DNA from: Glycera tridactyla
Taxonomy: Eukaryota
NCBI GenBank assembly: GCA_965644265.1
Contig: OZ286461.1
Coordinates: 89,218,001 to 89,282,000 of the forward strand
Reading direction: 5' to 3'
DNA length: 64,000 nucleotides
The translations under genes and the position numbers were made by a program. Shown here piece after piece: positions 34,794 to 64,000 of this stretch. The number at the start of each line of letters is the position of its first letter. Position 1 is the stretch's first letter. The notes beneath the pieces were generated by a model. That model had not been told where the DNA came from and made no database searches. It saw only the letters and a program-made list of their open reading frames with translations.

Positions 34794-37177
34794 ACATATA
34801 TATACATGCAGGTACATACACAAACTCATAACCCCGCCCGAACCCCCATATGTGCAAGCACACACCCCACACCCCCACACACACATGAACACACAAAACT
34901 TCTCCATCCCGCTACCCCCCCCCCCAATACCCATCCCCTAACCCCATCAACCACCTCTTACACCCACCACCCACCAATCCCCCCAACCCTCCCCAACACC
35001 CACACACAAACTCCTCCACCCCTACCCCACCATCCCCACTCCACATGCACACACACACACCAAACATCCCCCGTCCCACCCCCAACCCCCATACACACCC
35101 AAACTCCTCCAACCCCATCTTGGCCCCCATCCCCTACCCCCACCCAACCACCCATCCAAACTCCTCCAAGCTTCCCCGGCCCCCACACACCCGGGCCCCT
35201 CAACCCCACACCCCCTACTCCCCCAAACACGTGCACACTTCTCCATCCCCCAATCCACCTCTCACACACATATGCCCACACACAGCCGAACTCCTTCAAC
35301 CCCCATCCCCGCGGCCACATCCTACACCCAACAATCCCTCACCTCTAACCCTCTCCCCCCCCCCCCCCCCCCCCACACACACACCAAAACTCCAACACCC
35401 GCCCGGCCCCACCCAACCCCACACACAAATGTGCACACACACCCAAACTCCTCCACCCCCATCCCTGGCCCCACCCTCTACCCCACCCACCCATCCCCTT
35501 CCCCGGCCACACCCCCTACCCCACCAACCACCTCCTACACCCACCACCCACCCATCCCCCCACACACCAAACTCCTCTACCCCTCCCCCACCATCCCCAC
35601 TGCCCCCACCCCACATGCACACACACCAAACATCCCCCGGTACCACCCCAACCCCCTCACACACCCAAACTCCTCCAACCATGCCCCCTACTCCCCCAAC
35701 ACACATGTGCACACTTCTCCACCACCCACCCCCCCTCCCCATCACCGCCACATCCTCTATCCCCACCACCCACCCCTACCCCCAACTACCCACCCATCCC
35801 AAACCCCGCCACCACGCCTCACACAGATGCAAACACACCCAAACTCCTCAACCATCCTCCACATCCCCCCTCCCGCCTCCACCTCCCACACACACATTCA
35901 CACACACACCCAAACCCCTTCATCCCTCTTCCCCCCGGCCACACCCTGTACCCCCACCACCCACCTCCTACACCCACCAATCCCTCAACCCCCCCCCCAC
36001 CCCTACACACATGTGTACACACTGGTGGTGGGTCTATGATCTAATATACTCGATGATTGGTCATTCACATCGCCGAACCAAGCGCTTACTTGCGGAAGTC
36101 AACAATCAATTTAATCCGAATAATCATCTAACAAAATTCGGGCTGAAATATCCGTCATATATCAGCAAATTTATCGCCAAAATTTAGGCAGAAAGCGGTT
36201 TTATTTGTTCGCAGGTGGAGAAACAAAACTCCAGCCGCCATTTTGATTGTTTACAATCCGATAGTTTTGAAAAAGACCGCCGCAAGGCAATAGTGCTACA
36301 TGCGCGATTAGTTCCCGGCCGAACCGCCAGGTGGGGGTGGCTAAGTCTGGTTCCTGGACCAACCACTAGATGTCAAAAAGCTCGGCGCGCCAACCGATTG
36401 TAAGCAATCATTGGTTGGTTGGTTGATCCCAACTGATGATCGATTGCGAAGAGCCAACCGATTCCCAACACTAGTACACACCCTCACCCCCTCCACCCCC
36501 ATCCCTGGCCCCCACCCACCCACGCACCCAAACTCCTCCAACCCCCCCCCCCACACTGACCTCCACACACACACATGTGCACACACACCAAAACTTCTCC
36601 ACCACCCCAATACACACGGCTGTTTGTGTAGAGGTAGGGTGTTGGGGGGGGGGGGGGATATATTCATATCTTGGTAGACAAAGTGGAGGAGTAGAGAAAC
36701 CAACACAGCCCTAATGAGGTATTGCATAACACAAGACAAGAACAACAGAAGCATGTTGGTTACTGGGAGAGCCTTCCCAACAATGAAAGGACAGTCAGAG
36801 AAATGGTGTACATTCCTTGTGGTCTTATGCAATACAGACAGAGTGAATGGGTTCAGCTCTCACAAAAAAATTCAAACTCACAAATTCTTCTTTTCACTCA
36901 AAATTGCCCAATAATATGGGGTGGATTATGAAAAAAGAATGCACCCATGTTGTTGTCCAACTACTTATGCATATGTACACCAAATTTGAAGAATGTAAGT
37001 GCAATATCAACTAAGGGAGGCTTTGAAGAAAAACTTGTACGCAAAACTTTGACCTAAAAGTTTACGTTCTCCGAAGTGATGACCGGACAGATGGACAGAC
37101 GGACAGATGCAACCAAACGGACAGACCACCTGCATCATCACATAGACTCGCATTTTGCTTCGCATGCAAGCCAAAAA
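34662..37177 (-). mobile_element. Second full copy of the same HINE family with a greatly expanded C-rich array and a nested hAT MITE
   Basis: AACAAG terminus; GGCTTGCATGC (34684) / GCATGCAAGCC (37162); conserved core homologous to 22318-22746. Confidence 0.75.
36023..36473. mobile_element. hAT-type MITE
   Basis: 8-bp TSD GTACACAC (36015-36022 and 36474-36481); TIR TGGTGGTGGG...CCCAACACTA. Confidence 0.85.
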
Positions 37178-37367
37178 GCATAATTGTAATGCAATACAAG
37201 ATTCTGTTCTGGATGACTGGGAAATACTTTTGTGAAACCCCATATGGATATCAAATTCCTGATCAAACATGTCCTATTCTGGTTTTGCAACCATGGATTT
37301 TTTTAAACAACTATGAACAGTGAAACCTGTTTTGAGAGACTCCTGTTTTGAGACTGCTCTCCTCTGT

Positions 37368-37595
37368 TGTGAGGTACTGCTCTCCATTGGTTCTTTTGAA
37401 TCTGACATAGTAAAATATACCTCCAAGAGTGACCGTATCTCACTAGCCTTTGAACAGCAAAGAAAAGATATCAAAAAGATATCCCCTGTCGTGAGGTACT
37501 GCTCTCCATTGGTTCTTCCGGTTCTGACATAGTAAAATATACCTCCAAGAGAGACCGTAAGCTCACTAGCCTTTGGCCAGCTAAGAAAAGATATC
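37368..37595. repeat. About 120-bp direct duplication downstream of ALG1
   Basis: gtgaggtactgctctccattggttctt...ctcactagccttt occurs twice. Confidence 0.9.
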
Positions 37596-37931
37596 ACTGA
37601 ATGACCTCACAATAGGCATACCTAATTTAAGGTTTGTTTCAACGAGTCTAGGCTCAATTATAAGCAATGTGAGACAAAAATTGCAGAACCAGTGTGACCT
37701 ACGATAAGACAGATTGTCTCTCTACATCCATGTCTGCCGAAGCTTTGCTGGTGCTTGGCCTCTGCTTGTTTCATCTGCATGCATCCTTTGTAACTATCTC
37801 CACCAAAACTTTACAGTCCATATACCCTTACAGACCTTGAAAACTCCCTATACTGTGAGATACACTGCATTACCCACTCAACAAATAACACAGGAATAGC
37901 TATCCATGAAATATCATTCACATACACTATA

Positions 37932-57440
<19,509 letters not shown>

Positions 57441-57599
57441 GACGGATGACCAGCTCAGGCGGTCCTATAGTGTTGTTATTCACGATTGCTTTTGTCGCCT
57501 TCGGAAACTAAAAACAAAAGTTAAAGTAATGTTGTGGTGGCCACACGGCTATATACCGCCGGCGACACTCCGGGGGCGAACCCCTAGCACTCTTTCCTA

Positions 57600-57800
57600 G
57601 TCCAACTGAACCAGTAGGACTGGTAGCCGCCGACTTATCGGCGACGCTGATTGGAGCAAGCGCCGCACCTTATCACCTCTCCGCCGTGATAACAGCCGCG
57701 CGCTCATTGGCGCCGTAGCGCGTAGAGTGTTTATTCAGTGGTGACCATGTGCACGCTCATCGGAGCTCCGGAGTGTTTATTCAGTGGCGACCATGTGGGT
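57600..57800 (-). promoter_or_regulatory. Probable ALG1 promoter region
   Basis: GC/CpG-rich patch 160-360 bp upstream of the ATG; ATTGG (CCAAT on minus strand) near 57651 and 57706; 27-bp direct repeat at 57725 and 57771. Confidence 0.4.
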
Positions 57801-57832
57801 GACTAGGACACCCGACGATCAGCACCAACACT

Positions 57833-58585
57833 ATGAATTCATTCATTCATCCATCCATCCATCAATACATCCATCCATCGATATATTCATACACCAGTCC
57901 ATCCATCCATTCATTCATTCATCGACCTATTCATTCATGCATCCATCCATCTTTCAATTCATTCATTCATCGATCTATTCATTCATTCATTCATTCATTC
58001 ATTCATTCATCCCCCCACCCACCCACCCACCCACCCACCCAACCATCCATTCATTTATCAATTCATTCATTAATCTATTCATCCATCTATCCATTCATCN
58101 NNNNNNNNNNNNNNNNNNNNNNNNNNNNNNNNNNNNNNNNNNNNNNNNNNNNNNNNNNNNNNNNNNNNNNNNNNNNNNNNNNNNNNNNNNNNNNNNNNNN
58201 NNNNNNNNNNNNNNNNNNNNNNNNNNNNNNNNNNNNNNNNNNNNNNNNNNNNNACCACCTACCTACCTACCTACCCTCCTACCTACCTACCCACCCACCC
58301 ACCCACCCACCTACCTGCCCACCTACCTGCCNNNNNNNNNNNNNNNNNNNNNNNNNNNNNNNNNNNNNNNNNNNNNNNNNNNNNNNNNNNNNNNNNNNNN
58401 NNNNNNNNNNNNNNNNNNNNNNNNNNNNNNNNNNNNNNNNNNNNNNNNNNNNNNNNNNNNNNNNNNNNNNNNNNNNNNNNNNNNNNNNNNNNNNNNNNNN
58501 ACCCACCCACCTAACCACCCACCTACCTACCTACCTACCCTCCTACCTACCTACCTACCCACCCTCCCACCCACCCACCCACCAT
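57833..58585. repeat. Compound tetranucleotide microsatellite (CATT/CATC/CCCA/CCTA) with assembly gaps
   Basis: Direct inspection. Confidence 0.95.
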
Positions 58586-58639
58586 ACTCACACGGCCGGC
58601 CTTTGTTACCCAGTCGGCATGCACAGGGCAAGCATGCTC

Positions 58640-59127
58640 ACGATTCATATCCTTTGAAAAAGCCAAATGTCTAAGAAAATCAAAAATGTTTTTTATGTAG
58701 GCATCCTTAAATAACTCTTACATGTCTTGAACATCATAATGGGTGATTCTTGTCGGTGCAAAGTCTGAACATTCAAGTAGAATATGCTTGACAGTCGGCT
58801 GGCACTGACATGCTGTGCACTCTGGTGGATCCTCTCTTTTCAGAAGATAGCTATGAGTCAGATGAGTATGACCTATTCTCAGGCGAGACAGGACAATCTC
58901 TTCTCGTCTACCCTGATGTCTTTGAATCCATCTACCTTTGACAAGTGGTCTGAAGCTATGGAGCTTATTCTTATCCTCCTTATCCCATCTCTTCTGCCAT
59001 AGATTATCAATATATATTTTGATGGAGGATTTGAAATCCAAGTAATGTATTGGCGTTACAGTGATCGGTAAATTGAGCGCTGCTTTTGCAGCTCTATCAG
59101 CCGCTTCATTGCCTGGTATTCCCCTAC
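58640..59127 (-). pseudogene. Decayed fragment of an RNase H-containing (I/Nimb-group-like) LINE ORF2
   Basis: GIPGNEAADRAAK (RNase H C-terminus), WQKRW, LSRLRIGHTHLTH, C-x2-C...TVKHILLEC zinc knuckle; in-frame stop near 58718. Confidence 0.85.
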
Positions 59128-62100
59128 AATGACAAAGTCCTCCTGGAGGGCGCAAAGGCCGACCAAAGGGCGCCCTTCGACACCACTGTGGCTGCGGATG
59201 AGCTGGCCTCAATGTTCAGCCGAAAAAAAAGTATGGGGCTTACAAGTTGGCTGAGCTGATGACGATCCAAATTGGTGAGTTGTCTTGTGAAATTGTAATT
59301 CACTCACACCATGACAGAATTGTCCTGGGAATACAACATAATAAAGGATGGAAACTATTAATAGAGATGTGTTTATCTTCATCAGTGGAGAACATTTATT
59401 TACATCCAATTAATGTACCGGCCTGCACTGTGGCATAATATCAGTTTGTCCGTCCATGCTTTGGGAAACAATCGTATTCTAAAGACTCTCTTCTCAATGC
59501 AACCATGCTTGGTGTTTTGTTTGTTTGTTTGTTTGAGTTTAACGTCACTTGAACCCACATTGGTTATATTGCAATTACAAGCTAATGTTTTTTGTTGTTG
59601 CAGTGGATGATATGATGGCAGGCAGGACAAGTGAGGGAGGTCATATGAGATGGATGGCCTCCAGAGAAAGCTTTTGCAATAGATAGGTCATCACCCTCGA
59701 AGTTCCCCGGGAGATTGTTGCGCATTGCTGCCATGGCACCAGATCTTGAGGAAGAAGCACGGAGGAGGATCCGGGCCATAGTGGGCGAAAGGGTAGGGAA
59801 TCCGGAAATTGCAAAACAAGCGTTCGAGCTAGCTCGAAAGTATAATTTCTGCAATCCCTACAACAACAAAGTCCTGCTGGAGGGCGCAAAGGCCGACCGA
59901 AGGGCGCCCTTGGACACCACTGTGGTTGCGGATGAGCTGGCCTCAAAGTTCAGCCGAAAGACAAAGTATGGGGCTTACAAGTTGGCTGAGCTGATGACGA
60001 TCCAAATTGGTACGTTGTCTTGTGAAATTTTATTTCACTCACATCATGACAGAATTGTCCTGAAAATACAGCATAATAAAGGATGGAAACTATTAATAGA
60101 GATGTGTTTATCTTCATCAGTGGAGAACATTTATTTACATCCAATTAATGTACCGGCCTGCACTGTGGCATAATATCAGTTTGTCCGTCCATGCTTTGGG
60201 AAACAATCGTATTCTAAAGACTCTCTTCTCAATGCAACCATGCTTGGTGTTTTGTTTGTTTGTTTGTTTGAGTTTAACGTCACTTGAACCCACATTGGTT
60301 ATATTGCAATTACAAGCTAATGTTTTTTGTTGTTGCAGTGGATGATATGATGGCAGGCAGGACAAGTGAGGGAGGTCATATGAGATGGATGGCCTCCAGA
60401 GAAAGCTTTTGCAATAGATAGGTCATCACCCTCGAAGTTCCCCGGGAGATTGTTGCGCATTGCTGCCATGGCACCAGATCTTGAGGAAGAAGCACGGAGG
60501 AGGATCCGGGCCATAGTGGGCGAAAGGGTAGGGAATCCGGAAATTGCAAAACAAGCGTTCGAGCTAGCTCGAAAGTATAATTTCTGCAATCCCTACAACG
60601 ACAAAGTCCTGCTGGAGGGCGCAAAGGCCGACCGAAGGGCGCCCTTGGACACCACTGTGGTTGCGGATGAGCTGGCCTCAAAGTTCAGCCGAAAGACAAA
60701 ACAAGCGTTAGAGCTAGCTCGAAAGTATAATTTTTGCAATCCCTACAATGACAAAGTCCTGCTGGAGCGCGCAAAGGCCGGCCAAAGGGCGCCCTTCGTC
60801 ACCACTGTGGTTTCGGATGAGCTGGCCTCAATGTTCAGCTGAAAAACTAGCTAACTAGTATGGGGCTTACAAGTTGGCTGAGCTGATGACAATCCACATT
60901 GGTGAGTTGTCTTGTGAAATTTTATTTCACTCACATCATGACAGAATTGTCCTGAAAATACAACATAATAAAGGATGGAAACTATCAATAGAGATGTGTT
61001 TTTACCTTCATCAGTGGAGAACATTTATTCCCATCCAATTAATGTACCGGCCTGCACTGTGGCATAATATCAGTTTTTTCCCTCAATGCAACCATGCTTG
61101 GTGTTTTGTTTGTTTGTTTGTTTGAGTTTAACGTCACTTAAACCCACATGGGTTATATTGCAATTACAAGGTAGTTTTTAGTTGTTGCAATGGATGATAT
61201 GATGGCAGGCAGGACAAGTGAGGGAGGTCATATGAGATGGATGGCCTCCAGAGAAAGCTTTTGCAATAGATAGGTCATCACCCTCGAAGTTCCCCGGGAG
61301 ATTGTTGTGCTTTGCTGCCATGGCACCAGATCTTGAGGAAGAAGCACAGAGGAGGATCCGGGCCATAGTGGACGAAAGGGTAGGGAATCCAAAAATTGCG
61401 AAACTAGCGTTCCAGCTAGCTCGAAAGTATAATTTCTGCAATCCCTACAACGACAAAGTCCTGCTGGAGGGCGCAAAGGCCGACCGAAGGGCGCCCTTGG
61501 ACACCACTGTGGTTGCGGATGAGCTGGCCTCAAAGTTCAGCCGAAAGACAAAGTATGGGGCTTACAAGTTGGCTGAGCTGATGACGATCCAAATTGGTAC
61601 GTTGTCTTGTGAAATTTTATTTCACTCACATCATGACAGAATTGTCCTGAAAATACAACATAATAAAGGATGGAAACTATTAATAGAGATGTGTTTATCT
61701 TCACCAGTGGAGAACATTTATTTACATCCAATTAATGTACCGGCCTGCACTGTGGCATAATATCAGTTTGTCCGTCCATGCTTTGGGAAACAATTGTATT
61801 CTAAAGACTCTCTCCTCAATGCGACCATGCTTGGTGTTTAGTTCGTTTGTTTGTTTGAGATTAACGTCACTTAAACCTGCATGGATTATATTGCAATTAC
61901 AAGCTAATGTTTTTTGTTGTTGCAGTGGATGATATGATGGCAGGCAGGACAAGTGAGGGAGGTCATATGAGATGGATGGCCTCCAGAGAAAGCTTTTGCA
62001 ATAGATAGGTCATCACCCTCGAAGTTCCCCGGGAGATTGTTGTGCGTTGCTGCCATGGCACCAGATCTTGAGGAAGAAGCACGGAGGAGGATCCGGGCCA

Positions 62101-64000
62101 TAGTGGGCGAAAGGGTAGGGAATCCGGAAATTGCAAAACAAGCGTTCGAGCTAGCTCGAAAGTATAATTTCTGCAATCCCTACAACGACAAAGTCCTGCT
62201 GGAGGGCGCAAAGGCCGACCGAAGGGCGCCCTTGGACACCACTGTGGTTGCGGATGAGCTGGCCTCAAAGTTCAGCCGAAAGACAAAACAAGCGTTAGAG
62301 CTAGCTCGAAAGTATAATTTTTGCAATCCCTACAATGACAAAGTCCTGCTGGAGCGCGCAAAGGCCGGCCAAAGGGCGCCCTTCGTCACCACTGTGGTTT
62401 CGGATGAGCTGGCCTCAATGTTCAGCTGAAAAACTAGCTAACTAGTATGGGGCTTACAAGTTGGCTGAGCTGATGACAATCCACATTGGTGAGTTGTCTT
62501 GTGAAATTTTATTTCACTCACATCATGACAGAATTGTCCTGAAAATACAACATAATAAAGGATGGAAACTATCAATAGAGATGTGTTTTTACCTTCATCA
62601 GTGGAGAACATTCATTCCCATCCAATTAATGTACCGGCCTGCACTGTGGCATAATATCAGTTTTTTCCCTCAATGCAACCATGCTTGGTGTTTTGTTTGT
62701 TTGTTTGTTTGAGTTTAACGTCACTTAAACCCACATGGGTTATATTGCAATTACAAGGTAGTTTTTAGTTGTTGCAATGGATGATATGATGGCAGGCAGG
62801 ACAAGTGAGGGAGGTCATATGAGATGGATGGCCTCCAGAGAAAGCTTTTGCAATAGATAGGTCATCACCCTCGAAGTTCCCCGGGAGATTGTTGTGCTTT
62901 GCTGCCATGGCACCAGATCTTGAGAAAGAAGCATGGAGGAGGATCCGGGCCATAGTGGGCGAAAGGGTAGGGAATCCAAAAATTGCAAAACTATCATTCC
63001 AGCTAGCTCGAAAGTATAATTTCTGCAATCCCTACATTGACAAAGTCCTGCTGGAGGGCGCAAAGGCCGACCAAAGGGCGCCCTTCGACACCACTGTGGT
63101 TGCGGATGAGCTGGCCTCAATGTTCAGCGGAAAGACAAAGTATGGGGCTTACAAGTTGGCTGAGCTGATGACAATCCACATTGGTGAGTTGTCTTGTGAA
63201 ATTTTATTTCACTCACATCATGACAGAATTGTCCTGAAAATACAACATAATAAAGGATGGAAACTATCAATAGAGATGTGTTTTTACCTTCATCAGTGGA
63301 GAACATTTATTTACATCCAATTAATGTACCGGCCTGCACTGTGGCATAATATCAGTTTGTCCGTCCATGCTTTGGGAAACAATCGTATTCTAAAGACTCT
63401 CTTCCCAATGCAACCATGCTTGGTGTTTTGTCTGTTTGTTTGTTTGTTTGAGTTTAACGTCACTTGAACCCACATTGGTTATATTGCAATTACAAGCTAA
63501 TGTTTTTTGTTGTTGCAGTGGATGATATGATGGCAGGCAGGACAAGTGAGGGAGGTCATATGAGATGGATGGCCTCCAGAGAAAGCTTTTGCAATAGATA
63601 GGTCATCACCCTCGAAGTTCCCCGGGAGATTGTTGCGCATTGCTGCCATGGCACCAGATCTTGATGAAGAAGCACAGAGGAGGATCCGGGCCATAGTGGG
63701 CGAAAGGGTAGGGAATCCGGAAATTACAAAACTAGCGTTTGAGCTAGCTCGAAAGTATAATTTCTGCAATCCCTACAATGACAAAAAAGTCCTGCAGGGG
63801 GGCGCAAAGGCCGACCAAAGGGCGCCCTTTGACACCACTGTGGTTGCGGATGAGCTGGCCTCAAAGTTCAGCCGAAAGACAAAGTATGAGGCTTACAAGT
63901 TGGCTGAGCTGATGACAATCCACATTGGTGAGTTGTCTTGTGAAATTTTATTTCACTCACATCATGACAGAATTGTCCTGAAAATACAACATAATGAAGG
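59127..64000 (+). repeat. Higher-order tandem array of 735/852/741-bp units, each with an exon-like ORF; continues past the window end
   Basis: Unit ATGs at 59733, 60468, 61320, 62055, 62907 and 63648 (spacings 735, 852, 735, 852, 741); partial unit from about 59127. Confidence 0.97.
59733..60009 (+). CDS. Putative repeated coding exon (92 codons, MAPDLEEEARRR...LMTIQI), unknown family; equivalents at 61320-61596, 62907-63183 and 63648-63927
   Basis: GCCATGG start context, open frame, phase-1 donor G|GTACGT or G|GTGAGT; no homologue recognised. Confidence 0.35.

Noticed and set aside
58718-59212. 164-aa ORF as a novel fusion gene
   Set aside because: The N-terminus is antisense array sequence and the rest is a decayed LINE; a junction artefact
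59604-59682. 27-nt micro-exon plus 52-nt intron that would make each unit a symmetric phase 1-1 cassette
   Set aside because: The frame arithmetic works, but the intron is far shorter than any in the two real genes here and has a weak pyrimidine tract; not reported without RNA data
59925-59975. Hammerhead-like string in the array unit (CGGATGA-gctg...cagcc-GAAA), which would suggest a retrozyme array
   Set aside because: Core is CGGATGA rather than CTGANGA, stem II is out of register, and there is no stem III or cleavage triplet. The separate CTGATGA at about 59991 has no properly placed GAAA.
59582-63769. Minus-strand ORFs in the array (MRPAHPQPQ..., MQKLYFRAS...)
   Set aside because: Antisense shadows of the + frame; no splice or start support

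Overview
Eukaryotic (invertebrate-type) genomic DNA from a gapped assembly, with N-runs often next to microsatellites; the organism cannot be named from the sequence alone. Two spliced genes lie on the minus strand and were rebuilt by hand from GT-AG signals, exon-phase continuity and protein motifs. (1) An SLC26A11-like sulfate/anion transporter: 18 coding exons, 27009 down to 240, 607 codons, with the C-terminus apparently running off the left edge. (2) ALG1 beta-1,4-mannosyltransferase: 12 exons, 57440 down to 37932, a complete 458-aa frame. Introns and intergenic DNA are full of mobile DNA: pogo/Tigger-like, hAT and PIF/Harbinger MITEs with visible TIRs and TSDs, Helentron-type non-autonomous elements, two RTE-X-like LINEs, an RNase H-type LINE fragment, a decayed Penelope-like element with a candidate hammerhead ribozyme, and a SINE-like family. 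The most unusual structure is at the right end (about 59127-64000+). It is a young 735/852-bp higher-order tandem array, each unit holding an exon-like 92-codon ORF of unrecognised family with a phase-1 donor. It sits head-to-head with ALG1 and is fused at its left edge to a LINE fragment. Most short ORFs in the supplied track are spurious (gaps, microsatellites, antisense of real exons). No rRNA, tRNA or CRISPR could be supported.
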